Positions 1-9,119 of a stretch of 64,000 bases of DNA are shown piece by piece (position 1 is the first letter of the stretch; every line of letters starts with the position of its first letter). The stretch comes from Verrucomicrobiaceae bacterium (GTDB taxonomy: Bacteria > Verrucomicrobiota > Verrucomicrobiia > Verrucomicrobiales > Akkermansiaceae): NCBI GenBank assembly GCA_051252135.1, contig JBPOGH010000002.1, forward strand, positions 248,791 to 312,790, given 5' to 3'. The notes under the pieces are model-generated. The model saw only the letters and a list, made by a program, of their open reading frames with translations, had not been told where the DNA came from and did no database searches. The position numbers were made by a program, and so were the translations under genes.

Positions 1-343
1 CGCCATCGGCACATTCCTTTTTCGCGTTGGCGAGGAGGTCGTCCGATTCGAGATTATGTGGCTCGTAGACTCCGTCCGACATTTGCTCGGCAAACCAGGG
101 GAAGGCGAAGTGGTAGGCGAGGTAGGAGGCGTAGAGGAGGGTGATGACGAGAGGGATGGCGGTGGCGCCGATATTGCTCAGGAGGTCATCGGTTTGCGTG
201 CCGTAGTCCTCGAGCATGGCGTAGTCGTCATCCTTGTATTCCTCGACCGCTTCGGAAGGGCTGGAGCTGACATAATAGATGATGGCGGTGATGCACACCA
301 TGACGGCCAGTATGCGGAGATGAATTTTGATATTCCTGTCCAT
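1..343 (-). CDS. hypothetical membrane protein (N-terminal part only; continues beyond window start)
   Basis: The complement ATG at 343-341 opens a frame that stays open to position 1. It is absent from the ORF track because no stop is reached. Translation MDRNIKIHLRILAVMVCITAIIYYVSS...IGATAIPLVITLLYASYLAY has two hydrophobic helices. The listed + ORF 56..391 is a G/E/V/D-rich antisense shadow. Confidence 0.5.
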   Translation of the reverse strand, partial: MDRNIKIHLRILAVMVCITAIIYYVSSSPSEAVEEYKDDDYAMLEDYGTQTDDLLSNIGATAIPLVITLLYASYLAYHFAFPWFAEQMSDGVYEPHNLESDDLLANAKKECADG

Positions 344-437
344 GGGGTTACTTTAACCCTACGCAAATTGGAGAGTTGTGGAAAGAATTGAATTCCGAAG
401 CTTCGCAAATGAAGGAGGGTGATGGAGCCGAATTGAT

Positions 438-2222
438 CTAAGCGTCTCTGAGTTTTTTACGCAGGACATCGCTGGTGATGTCTCCGGCGATGACGGCGGC
501 GGCACCGAGGAGGGCGAAGTAGAGGATTTCGTCGTATTGGAGAAAGCTCTTCCGGATGGAGATGTAGTAGCCGAGGGAGCTGATGCCGAGCATGCCGAGG
601 ACGGTGGCTTCACGCATGCAGGATTCCCAACGGTAGAAGAAGAAGAGGATGAAGCGGTTGAGCGACATGGGGAGGAGGGCCCCGGTGAAGGCCTGGAGGC
701 GGCCGCCGCCGAGGCGGAGGATTTCGCGGGGGGCGGAGGTGGGGCGGTTTTCGACGACTTCCCCCCAGAGGCGGCCGAGGATGCCGATGTTGTGAAGGGC
801 GAGGGCGAAGACGAGGGGCCAGGCGCTGGGGCCGAGGATGCCGACGAGGAGGAAGGCGTAGAGGTATTCGGGGACGGCGCGGGTGAGGACGAAGAAGCCG
901 CGGACGGTGGAACCGAGAAGGGAGCGGAGTTTTCCGGTGGCCATGGTGAGGCCGAGGGGGTGTGGGGTGGCGAGGGTGCGGGTGGCCCAGGGGACGAGGA
1001 GGAGGGCGGCGGTGCCGGCGAGGATGATGGCGGCGATGGACATCGCGATGGTGTTGCCGAGGGCTTCGGCTCCGGGTTTTTCCCAGAGGTTGGTGATCCA
1101 GGGGAGGAGTTGGTCGGATCCGGCGTGCCAGGCGGCGGATCGTTCTTCCCAGGTGGGAACGTGTTGTGAGGGGGCGACGGGTTCAGGAGTGAGTTGGGCG
1201 AGGAAGCGGGAGAGGCGTTCGACGCGTTGACCTTCGATGCTGAATTTGAGGAGGGTGTCTCCGAGACTCCAGGAGAGGAGGATGGAGAGGAGAGCGGTGA
1301 GAGTGAGGGAGCGGACGAGGTGGTCTTTGGGGCGGGTTTTGCGGAGTTGGGGTTCGGTGGTGGCGGGGGTGGTGCGGGGGCGGCCGATGCGGAGGCGCTT
1401 GCGGACGAGGTTTCCGGTGGCCTCGACGGCGACGACGAGGAAGACGAGGACGTAGAGTTGGGTCCAGACTTCGCCGTAGTAGATGTTTTCAAAGGAGCGG
1501 CGGATGCCGAGGCCGATGGTCTCGATACCGATGAAGCCGAGGACGGCGGAGGAGCGGATGCAGCACTCGAAGCGGTAGAGGGTGTAGCTGATCATGTCCG
1601 GCAGGGCGGCGGGGAGGATGCCTCCGAGGAAGGCCTGGGCTCCGCTGCCACCGGAGGCGGCGATGACATCGCGTGCGGAGCGGTGTTGTTCGTCGATGAG
1701 TTCGGAGAAGACCTTGCCGAGGATGGCGGCGGCGGGGATGCCGAGGGCAAGGCAGGCGGTGATGGGGGAGTCTCCTACGGCGGCGAGAAAGAGGAGGGCC
1801 CAGATGAGCTCGTGGATGGCGCGGAAGAAGGAGAGGGTGACGCGGAGGCCCCAGCGGAGGGCGTTGAAGAAGGGGCGGGTGCGATTTTTGGGAAGCCATT
1901 GTTCCGAGGCGAAGAGGCCGAGCAGGAAGCCGATGGGGATGGCCATGGACATGGCGATGATGGCGTAGCGGAGGGTGCGGATGAGGTCGGCCGCCATGCG
2001 CTCAAGGAAGGGCGTGGCGTCGGCGGGGAGGCTGGGGTTTTGGTCGGTGAAGGAGGGGGAGACGGCGGCGCTGAAGAAGCGGCTGGAGGCAGCCCAGGGA
2101 TCGGCGGCATCGGTGAGGTTAACGATTTGGGTGCCGAGTCTGGTGAGGGTCCAGAAGGAAAGGAGGGCGAGGATGACGAGGAGCCATCGTCGCCCGAAGA
2201 TCATCCGCCACGCGCCTTTCAT
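438..2222 (-). CDS. phnE: phosphonate-type ABC transporter permease, fused double PhnE
   Basis: 594 aa, polytopic, with two tandem PhnE-like permease halves. Its start overlaps the phnC stop by 4 nt (ATGA). It is the last gene of a phnD-phnC-phnE order. Confidence 0.8.
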   Translation of the reverse strand: MKGAWRMIFGRRWLLVILALLSFWTLTRLGTQIVNLTDAADPWAASSRFFSAAVSPSFTDQNPSLPADATPFLERMAADLIRTLRYAIIAMSMAIPIGFLLGLFASEQWLPKNRTRPFFNALRWGLRVTLSFFRAIHELIWALLFLAAVGDSPITACLALGIPAAAILGKVFSELIDEQHRSARDVIAASGGSGAQAFLGGILPAALPDMISYTLYRFECCIRSSAVLGFIGIETIGLGIRRSFENIYYGEVWTQLYVLVFLVVAVEATGNLVRKRLRIGRPRTTPATTEPQLRKTRPKDHLVRSLTLTALLSILLSWSLGDTLLKFSIEGQRVERLSRFLAQLTPEPVAPSQHVPTWEERSAAWHAGSDQLLPWITNLWEKPGAEALGNTIAMSIAAIILAGTAALLLVPWATRTLATPHPLGLTMATGKLRSLLGSTVRGFFVLTRAVPEYLYAFLLVGILGPSAWPLVFALALHNIGILGRLWGEVVENRPTSAPREILRLGGGRLQAFTGALLPMSLNRFILFFFYRWESCMREATVLGMLGISSLGYYISIRKSFLQYDEILYFALLGAAAVIAGDITSDVLRKKLRDA

Positions 2223-2962
2223 GACTGGTAGAGGTCGGCGATTTGTTGGTCGGTGGGTTGGCCGTCGAAGACGATGTGTCCTTCCCTGAGTCCGATGAGG
2301 CGGGGGAAGAACTCGCGGGCAAGCTCGACCTGGTGGAGTGAGACGATGAGGGAGAGGCCTTGTTCATCGGAGAGAGAGGTGAGGAGCTCGAGGACGTCGC
2401 GGGCGCGGGCGGGATCGACGGCGCTGAGGGGTTCGTCTGCGAGGAGGATTTCGGCTCCTTGAAAGAGGGTGCGGGCGAGGGCGACGCGTTGTTGTTGTCC
2501 GCCGGAGAGGGAGTCGGTGCGGTCGTACATTTTCCCGGCGATATCGAGGCGGGAGAGGGAGTCGAAGATTTCCCGGCGATCGGCTTGGGAGGGGAGGAAG
2601 AGGTCGCGGCAGGTGCGGAGGAAGGAGCGGGAGCCGGAGCGTCCGAGGACGATGTTTTGGAGGACGCGGAGGTTGGCGACGAGGCCAAGGTCCTGGGGGA
2701 GCATGCCGATACGGCTGCGTGTGGTACGAAGTTCTTCCGATTTGGCGGAAGTGAGATCACACCCGAGGGTGGAGACCTGGCCGGAGCTGGGTGCTTCCTG
2801 CAGGCCGAGGAGGCGCAGGAGGGTGGTCTTGCCGCTGCCGGAGGGGCCGATGAGGGCAACCTTTTCACCGGGTTGCAAAGAGAGTGAGACCCCGGCCAAG
2901 GCCGAGGTCGCACCGTAACGCCGGGTGGCGTCTTTGATTTCAATTAGGCTCATAGGGCCCAA
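2219..2962 (-). CDS. phnC: phosphonate-type ABC transporter ATP-binding protein
   Basis: Walker A GPSGSGKTT, ABC signature LSGGQQQR, Walker B ILLADEP, and a PhnC-like SLHQVELA segment. Confidence 0.85.
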   Translation of the reverse strand: MGPMSLIEIKDATRRYGATSALAGVSLSLQPGEKVALIGPSGSGKTTLLRLLGLQEAPSSGQVSTLGCDLTSAKSEELRTTRSRIGMLPQDLGLVANLRVLQNIVLGRSGSRSFLRTCRDLFLPSQADRREIFDSLSRLDIAGKMYDRTDSLSGGQQQRVALARTLFQGAEILLADEPLSAVDPARARDVLELLTSLSDEQGLSLIVSLHQVELAREFFPRLIGLREGHIVFDGQPTDQQIADLYQS

Positions 2963-2973
2963 TGGGAAGGGAG

Positions 2974-3900
2974 TTAGTCGAACTTCACCTTTTCCATGAC
3001 GGAGGCGATGCCGGCGAAGGTGTCGTTGTCGACCTTTACCAGTTTGTCACGTCCGAGCGCTTTGAGGGTGGCTGCGTCGTCACAGTTGACGAGGGCGTCC
3101 TGAAGCTTGTCGATGAATCCTTCACCGAAGGCTTTTTCAAGCGCGGGATGTGCGGTGAAGTTGTAGTCGGCATAGGGAGGGGTTTCCCAGATGACCTTGA
3201 CCTTGGAGGGATCGAGTTCTCCTGCGGCGATCATTTTATCGAAGGTCGAGAAGTTGAGGGCGCCGGCCTGGAAGGTGCCGTCCTGGACCTGGAGGGCGGT
3301 TTTGTCATGGGCGCCGGAGAAGCCGAGGGGTTTCTTTTGGAAGAAATCCATGGGGGCTTTGCCGGTGTTTTCCATGATGAAGTGGGAGGGCATGATGCAA
3401 CCGGAGGTCGATCCCGAGCTTCCGTAGGTGAAGGTCAGGTTGGCGATCTCAGCGGGGAAGCTATCGGAGCGCTCGAGTCCGGTGGAGGTGTGGGCAATGA
3501 AGTAGGATTTGAAGGCGAGGTCGGCCTCGCCAGCGGCGATGGCTTCAGCCCCATCGACGGCCTTGCGGGCGTCAACTCCGGAGACGCCTCCGAACCAGGC
3601 GAGGTGGATGTCGCCATTGGAGAATTTTTGAACCGAAGCACCGTAGTCGGCCGAGGGGACGAACTCGACCTTGATGCCGAGTTTTTCCGAGAGGTAGTCT
3701 GCGACAGGCTTGTATTTTTCAGCTTGGCCAGTGGTGTTCTCGTCAGGGATTGCGGAGAATCTGAGAACGGCGTCCGAGGCATCGGCCTCTTTTTTGCCGC
3801 AGCTGGTGAGAGCGAGAGCTGCTCCTGCAATGATGATGCCGCTTGCGCAGCCCTTCAACGTCTGGAAGATCGACCGATCTTCCGGCTTGAGTGAATTCAT
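2974..3900 (-). CDS. phnD: phosphate/phosphite/phosphonate ABC transporter substrate-binding lipoprotein (PhnD family)
   Basis: Lipobox-like LALTSC near the N-terminus. LRFSAIPDENT...ADYGASVQKFSNGDIHLAWFGG is typical of PhnD-family binding proteins. The gene is adjacent to phnC and phnE. Confidence 0.8.
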   Translation of the reverse strand: MNSLKPEDRSIFQTLKGCASGIIIAGAALALTSCGKKEADASDAVLRFSAIPDENTTGQAEKYKPVADYLSEKLGIKVEFVPSADYGASVQKFSNGDIHLAWFGGVSGVDARKAVDGAEAIAAGEADLAFKSYFIAHTSTGLERSDSFPAEIANLTFTYGSSGSTSGCIMPSHFIMENTGKAPMDFFQKKPLGFSGAHDKTALQVQDGTFQAGALNFSTFDKMIAAGELDPSKVKVIWETPPYADYNFTAHPALEKAFGEGFIDKLQDALVNCDDAATLKALGRDKLVKVDNDTFAGIASVMEKVKFD

Positions 3901-3993
3901 GTATCTTTTTTTCGGGACGCAGAATCGGGACTGCGCTTGGGGGAGACCCTCATGTCTTTTGGGGCGGAGCGCAATGGTGAAAATAGATTCTCT

Positions 3994-5550
3994 TTAGCTG
4001 AATGCTTTCCAGAACGCGTCGGTTTGTTCCTGATCGGGGACGATTTCGAGAAGGAGTGGGCTGGTGGCGGTATCGAGGAGGTCAAAATCCTCGGTGCAGG
4101 TGATGCGGAGGTGTTGGAAATTCCACATTTCGGCCCATTTAGAGAAGTCGACGCTTTGTGGTTGGACGACGGCCTGGTGTTGGGCGGCGTCCATGCCTTC
4201 GAGCCGAGGGAGGCGTTCGAAGATGCGGCCGCCGTGGTTGTTGATGACGACGAGGACGCGGCCTTCGGTTTGGACCTGGGGGAAGAGGGCGGGGGCGGCG
4301 AGATCGTAGAGGGTGGTGAGGTCGCCGAAGACGCCCCAAGCATCGGGTTCTTCAGCGGTGGCGCCGAGCCAGGTGGAGATTTGTCCGTCGATGCCATTGG
4401 CTCCACGGTTGGCGCGGACGTTGGTGTAGGGTGTTCTGCGTTGGGCGAAGTCATTCCACTCGCGGATGGGCAGGCTGTTTCCGAGGAAGAGGCTTTCGCT
4501 GGTGGTGGCGTAGACGGAGAGGGTGCGGATGAGGCCGGGTTCGCTATCCGGGTAGCCCTCAAGGAGTTCGTCGGTGCGGGAGAGGGAGCGGCGTGCGGCG
4601 GGGAGGTCGTCATCGATGTCTCCGAGTTCGTCGACGTCGCCGTAACCGCGGATGACGCGACCGACCTCGGCGGCGATGACGCTGGAAGGGCGGGCGAGGC
4701 CGGGGAGGCCGTTGCGGGTGATGGAGAGGACGTCCACTTCGGGGTGGTCTTCGAGGTCACGCCAGAGTCGGCCGACGGGGACTTCGCCGAGGCGGAGAAT
4801 TTTTCCGGGGAGTTTTTTCCGGACCACGGCATCCGGAATGATGAGGTGGTGGAGTGCTTCGCGGAGGCCGCTGGTGACATCAGCGACGACGGGGACGCCG
4901 AGGGTGTTGAGGAAGTGGTAGGTGTCCTCGCGGTCGTCTTCATCGAGGCCGCCAAGCATGACGATGAGTCCATCGATGAAGTTGGTGGTGATGAAGTCGC
5001 GGAGTTCGAGGACGGCGAAGGGTCGGCGTGCGGGGAGGAAGGGTTCGGCGGGAGGATGGGTAGCCGTTTTTTCGGGGAGAGTGGCCTCGCCGAGTTCGAC
5101 ATTGAGATGGAGGGGGCCGTGGCCTTTCCAATCGGGGCCGAGGTGAGCGTAGGTGGTGAAGATTCCTTCCTGTTCGATGGCTTGGGGAGCGCCGGTTCCG
5201 CGGTATTCTGCGGGGCGATCAGCGGAGACGATGATGAGGGGGAGGGCGGAGTAGTGGGCCTCGATGACGGCGGGGAGGCACTCGGCGACGGCGGTGCCGC
5301 TGGTGGTGACGACGGCGCAGGGGAGGCCGGTGGCTTTGGTGCGTCCGAGGGCGAAGAAGGCAGCGCCGCGTTCCTCGAAGTGTGGGAAGATGCGGGTGGT
5401 GGGGTGATCGGTGAGAAGGCTGACGAGGACGGCGTTTCGTGCGCCTCCGCAGACTACGAATTCATCGCATCCCAGCGACAGGAGTTGAGCGACAATATCA
5501 GCTTCAGTATTCAAGAGGCGAACCCTGCCTTTGAATGGGCGTGGTGGCAA
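3994..5550 (-). CDS. menD: 2-succinyl-5-enolpyruvyl-6-hydroxy-3-cyclohexene-1-carboxylate synthase (ThDP-dependent)
   Basis: VTTSGTAVAECLPAVIEA, SADRPAEYRGTGAPQAIEQ, GNSLPIREW, NRGANGIDGQIST and GDLTTLYDL...VINNHGGRIF align by eye with E. coli MenD blocks. Confidence 0.85.
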   Translation of the reverse strand: MPPRPFKGRVRLLNTEADIVAQLLSLGCDEFVVCGGARNAVLVSLLTDHPTTRIFPHFEERGAAFFALGRTKATGLPCAVVTTSGTAVAECLPAVIEAHYSALPLIIVSADRPAEYRGTGAPQAIEQEGIFTTYAHLGPDWKGHGPLHLNVELGEATLPEKTATHPPAEPFLPARRPFAVLELRDFITTNFIDGLIVMLGGLDEDDREDTYHFLNTLGVPVVADVTSGLREALHHLIIPDAVVRKKLPGKILRLGEVPVGRLWRDLEDHPEVDVLSITRNGLPGLARPSSVIAAEVGRVIRGYGDVDELGDIDDDLPAARRSLSRTDELLEGYPDSEPGLIRTLSVYATTSESLFLGNSLPIREWNDFAQRRTPYTNVRANRGANGIDGQISTWLGATAEEPDAWGVFGDLTTLYDLAAPALFPQVQTEGRVLVVINNHGGRIFERLPRLEGMDAAQHQAVVQPQSVDFSKWAEMWNFQHLRITCTEDFDLLDTATSPLLLEIVPDQEQTDAFWKAFS

Positions 5551-5661
5551 GAGTGGTGGTGAAAAGAGAGTTTTGGGCGGAGGTTTAACAAATCATTTGC
5601 GAGGGTGAATCGTGTTGCTTGGGATTGACGCTTCAATTGGGGTGCTCCATTTTATGAATGG

Positions 5662-6099
5662 ATGATTACTGAAGAGGATGAGGAGCGGACGGATGCGGTT
5701 GAGCAAATTTGCCTCCGGTGTGGCGGGGTGAATGATGAGCGGGCATCGCGGTGCGGGAGTTGCCGCGCGCCGCTGGATGATTTTGCGGCGAGTTCGCCAT
5801 GGGAGATGGGGAAGGTGGCGGGCGGAGGGTATGCCGATCCGGTGAGTCCGCGTACCAAGCCGGTGATTTTTTACGGTGTGTGGGCTTATTTTGGGCCGAC
5901 GGGTCTGTTCTCCATCTGGGCGATTTATCAAACGCTCAGTGATTTGCTGACTGGTGAAGTGGCTGGGAATTTGGAGACGTTTTTACCGTTCCTCCTCAGT
6001 CTTGTTTATGGGGCGCTGAGCGCGTGGGCGCTGTGGGCGGTAACCAAGGGGTATCTTGGCGCGGACGAGAAGAATGAAGATTCCGAAGCGGAGTTGTGA
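5662..6099 (+). CDS. zinc-ribbon membrane protein, function unknown
   Basis: The CxxC-x10-CxxC motif (CLRCGGVNDERASRCGSC) is followed by hydrophobic helices (VIFYGVWAYFGPTGLFSIWAIY, LPFLLSLVYGALSAWALWAV). No family was recognised. Confidence 0.55.
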   Translation: MITEEDEERTDAVEQICLRCGGVNDERASRCGSCRAPLDDFAASSPWEMGKVAGGGYADPVSPRTKPVIFYGVWAYFGPTGLFSIWAIYQTLSDLLTGEVAGNLETFLPFLLSLVYGALSAWALWAVTKGYLGADEKNEDSEAEL

Positions 6100-7404
6100 C
6101 TACATTACCGCGAACTTGAGTTCGGCGCTGGAGACGATCTGTCCGTTGACGGAGCAGGTGGCAACGGCTTGGCCGATGTTGCGGCGCATGTTGGTGATTT
6201 CAGCGTCGATAAAGAGGGTGTCACCGGGGACGACGGGTTTGCGGAATTTGACTTTGTCCGCGCTGAGGAAGTAGCCGATTTTTCCCTGATTGTCAGGGAG
6301 ACGCATGATGAGGACGGAGGCGGTTTGTGCCATGGCCTCGAGTTGGAGAACGCCGGGCATGACGGGGTGACCGGGGAAGTGCCCCTGGAAGAATTCCTCG
6401 TTCATGGTGAGGTTCTTGATGGCGGTGCACTTGAGGTCGGAGGAGAAGCCGGTGACGCGATCGATGAGGAGGAAAGGATAGCGATGGGGAAGAATGCGAA
6501 GGATGTCTTCCGGTCCGAGGACGGCCTCGGCCTCCGGGATTTTGAGCGGTGGAACCATGGCACGCATGGCGGCGTATTCCTTCTTAATGGACGTGGCCAT
6601 TTGGGTGTTGGGTCCGTGACCCGGGGCGACGGCGATGACGTGGCCGTTGAATTTTTTACCGGAGAGCATGAGGTCACCGATAAGGTCGAGGGCCTTGTGG
6701 CGGGCGAACTCGTTATCGAAGCGCATGGGCTCTTTGGACATGATCTCGTCTCCGCGAACGACGACGGCGTTTTCAAGGGAGCCGCCTTTGATGAGGCCTT
6801 TGTCGAGGAGAGGTTTGATGTCCTCGTAGAAGGTGAAGGTGCGGGCGGGAGCGATCTCTTTTTCGTAGGTCTCGGGATTTACGACAGAGGAGAAGTATTG
6901 CACGAAACGACCGTCTTTTCCGATGTTGGTAACGGAGACGCGGAACTCCTTATCAGGCACGATGGTGATGAGGGAGCCGTTTCCAATATCGATGTGGATT
7001 GGCTCGCGAATTTCCCAGATTTGGCGTGGGGTGGATTGCTCCTGGAGGCCGGCTTTTTTAATGAGCTCAACGTAAGGGCGGGATGAGCCGTCGCCGATGG
7101 GAGGTTCGTTGGCGTCCATTTCGATGAGGGCGTTGTCGACCCCGAGTCCGACGAGTGCCGAAAGGACGTGCTCTACTGTATGAACGCGGACCGAGCCCTC
7201 GGCAAGGGTGGTGGCGCGTTCGACCGTCTGGACCTTGGAGACATCGGCATCGATGAACGGCTTGTCGGGAAGGTCGACGCGGCGGAATTTGAAACCGTGG
7301 CCTTCTGGGGCGGGTTTGAGGGTGAGGCTGACTTTTTCTCCGGTGTGGAGAGAGGTTCCTTCCAGAGTGGCTTCGCTCGCGAGAGTGTGCTCCATGTGGG
7401 ACAT
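6100..7404 (-). CDS. lpxC-fabZ: bifunctional UDP-3-O-acyl-GlcNAc deacetylase / 3-hydroxyacyl-ACP dehydratase
   Basis: The N-terminal half is LpxC-like (GTSLHTGEKVSLTLKPAPEGHGFKFRRVDL, HTVEHVLSAL, HKALDLIGDL). The C-terminal half is FabZ-like (LPHRYPFLLIDRV, FFQGHFPGHPVMPGVLQLEAMAQ). Confidence 0.9.
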   Translation of the reverse strand: MSHMEHTLASEATLEGTSLHTGEKVSLTLKPAPEGHGFKFRRVDLPDKPFIDADVSKVQTVERATTLAEGSVRVHTVEHVLSALVGLGVDNALIEMDANEPPIGDGSSRPYVELIKKAGLQEQSTPRQIWEIREPIHIDIGNGSLITIVPDKEFRVSVTNIGKDGRFVQYFSSVVNPETYEKEIAPARTFTFYEDIKPLLDKGLIKGGSLENAVVVRGDEIMSKEPMRFDNEFARHKALDLIGDLMLSGKKFNGHVIAVAPGHGPNTQMATSIKKEYAAMRAMVPPLKIPEAEAVLGPEDILRILPHRYPFLLIDRVTGFSSDLKCTAIKNLTMNEEFFQGHFPGHPVMPGVLQLEAMAQTASVLIMRLPDNQGKIGYFLSADKVKFRKPVVPGDTLFIDAEITNMRRNIGQAVATCSVNGQIVSSAELKFAVM

Positions 7405-7521
7405 GCGCAGGCTTTTAGAGGCCTAATCCTGATCGGTCGAGGGATATTAATCACGGGGATTGTTTCGCGAGAAAATGATTTTCGGGTTGGGGAAAGCAAG
7501 TAAGCTGATTTCAATCTCGCC

Positions 7522-8277
7522 ATGGCAAAGCTGCAGGAAATCGTGGAATATTTGGACAAGGAACTCAGGACGTTGGAGATTCCGGATTATGGTGGTGCGA
7601 TGAATGGGTTGCAGCTTGAGAATAATGGGACTGTGACAAAGGTGGCTGCAGCAGTGGACGCCAGCCGGGAAGTCGTGAATCGGGCGTTGGGCGAAGGGGC
7701 GGACTTACTGATTGTTCATCACGGGATGTTCTGGCAGGGAGCCAGGCCAATTCGCGGAGCCATTTATGAAAAGTTGAGCAGGGCGATGGCGGGCAACCTG
7801 GCAATCTACAGTTCGCATATCCCTCTGGATGTTCATCCCCAGTGGGGGAATAACGCGATTTTGGCCGGGGAACTTGGGATGATTGAGCAGGAGCCGTTTT
7901 TTGATTGGAAGGGGATCCAGCTGGGAATCAAGGGGCGATTCGACGGCAATCTGGGTGCCCTTTCAAGGAAGCTGGAAGGGGTCTTGGGAGGTGGGGTTCT
8001 ACTGAGGGGAAATGTTGAGGAGGAATGCGGCGCAATCGGGTTGATTACGGGAGGGGCGGGGAGCGAGGTGGAAGCCGTTGCCGCTCTGGGAATCGATACC
8101 TTTATTACCGGGGAAGGTCCCCACTGGAGTTCTCCGCTGGCAGAAGAAATGGGAGTGAACCTCCTCTATGGCGGGCACTATGCAACAGAGGTTTTTGGTG
8201 TCCAATCTGTCGTTAAGGTCCTGAGGGACAACTGGAACCTTGAATCTTGTTTCATTGATGCTCCGACAAATCTCTAA
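7522..8277 (+). CDS. Nif3-like dinuclear metal center protein (YbgI/GTP cyclohydrolase I type 2 homolog)
   Basis: The N-terminus with DYGGAMNGLQLEN...AAAVDAS...DLLIVHHGMFW and the C-terminal GGHYATE motif are typical of the NIF3 family. Confidence 0.85.
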   Translation: MAKLQEIVEYLDKELRTLEIPDYGGAMNGLQLENNGTVTKVAAAVDASREVVNRALGEGADLLIVHHGMFWQGARPIRGAIYEKLSRAMAGNLAIYSSHIPLDVHPQWGNNAILAGELGMIEQEPFFDWKGIQLGIKGRFDGNLGALSRKLEGVLGGGVLLRGNVEEECGAIGLITGGAGSEVEAVAALGIDTFITGEGPHWSSPLAEEMGVNLLYGGHYATEVFGVQSVVKVLRDNWNLESCFIDAPTNL

Positions 8278-8352
8278 ACCCGATCAAGATGTTATGATTG
8301 AAGTTAATGCCCAACCTGCCCCAAAAGAATGCATTCACCGCCAAAAAAAGGC

Positions 8353-8381
8353 TTGCGCTGGGAAGGGCTGGGCCGTAAAAC
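8353..8381 (+). promoter_or_regulatory. possible sigma70-like promoter for tRNA-Gly
   Basis: TTGCGC (8353-8358), a 17-nt spacer, then TAAAAC (8376-8381). The -10 element ends 13 nt before the tRNA 5' end. Identified by eye only. Confidence 0.25.
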
Positions 8382-8394
8382 GTCTTTAAGTTTC

Positions 8395-8465
8395 GCGGGT
8401 ATAGCTTAATGGTAAAGCTCCAGCCTTCCAAGCTGATCATGAGGGTTCGATTCCCTCTACCCGCT
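8395..8465 (+). tRNA. tRNA-Gly (anticodon UCC)
   Basis: The cloverleaf folds by hand. The acceptor stem GCGGGTA pairs with TACCCGC. The D arm is GCTT-AATGGTA-AAGC. The anticodon loop is CT-TCC-AA (anticodon at 8427-8429). The T arm is GAGGG-TTCGATT-CCCTC. No CCA is encoded. Confidence 0.9.
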
Positions 8466-8517
8466 TATTGAAAACCTTTTAGAACCCAAATAATCACCCT
8501 AAAAAGAATCCAAACCA

Positions 8518-9102
8518 ATGAAAAATACGCTTAAATTCGCGCTTACGGCAGTTCTTCTTGCTGCTGCGCCTCTCGCTTCGGCTGAGGCCATTGACTGCGT
8601 CAAAGTCAGCTCCACGGTCAAAGCTGCTGTTGCAGCCGACTCCGGGAAGGTCCTTGAAATTGTCGCCAAGCAGGTTGCTGCCAACGAATCTTGCGCATGC
8701 GAGGTTGTGAAAGCTGCCATCATCGCATCCGATGCAGACAAGGCCGTTGTTGCTCAGATCGTCGACACAGCTATCCTTGAAGCTCCGTCCATGCTGCAGA
8801 TCATCGCACAGTGCGCGATTGCGGTTGCGCCCGATGCTATTTCCAATGTTCAGGCTGTAGTTGAAAAATACGATGCTGCTGGCGGTGAAGGTTACTCTGA
8901 AAAAGGTGGCCTTGAAAAAGGTGTCATTGAGCCCGTTGCCGTTGAAAAGCCCAACCCATTGGATTTCCCCGGCGGTAAGCCAGGCGACCCTGTTGGTCCC
9001 CGTCCAGGCAACCCTGGTGGATTCACGGTCATCCCACCAATTCTTCCTCCAGTCATTCCACCCATCGTGACTCCTCCGACCACTACCAGTATCGGCGGTT
9101 AA
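8518..9102 (+). CDS. secreted Ala/Val-rich helical-repeat protein with proline-rich C-terminal tail, function unknown
   Basis: Signal peptide MKNTLKFALTAVLLAAAPLASA. The core is Ala/Val-rich with five Cys. The tail is PGGKPGDPVGPRPGNPGG...IPPILPPVIPPIVTPPTTT. Confidence 0.6.
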   Translation: MKNTLKFALTAVLLAAAPLASAEAIDCVKVSSTVKAAVAADSGKVLEIVAKQVAANESCACEVVKAAIIASDADKAVVAQIVDTAILEAPSMLQIIAQCAIAVAPDAISNVQAVVEKYDAAGGEGYSEKGGLEKGVIEPVAVEKPNPLDFPGGKPGDPVGPRPGNPGGFTVIPPILPPVIPPIVTPPTTTSIGG

Positions 9103-9119
9103 TAATTGCTTTCTCGTTG

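Noticed and set aside
359-2231. Long ORFs overlapping phnE in other frames or on the opposite strand (359..1492, 537..1169, 1194..2231, 1489..1899)
   Set aside because: Their translations are low-complexity Pro/Ser/Thr/Ala-rich or Gly/Glu/Asp/Val-rich strings, as expected from alternative frames of high-GC coding DNA. The PhnE frame has clear permease features and operon context.
3937-5562. A 541-aa + strand ORF exactly antisense to menD
   Set aside because: It is a G/E/V/D/A-rich shadow ORF without motifs. The minus-strand frame aligns block by block with MenD.
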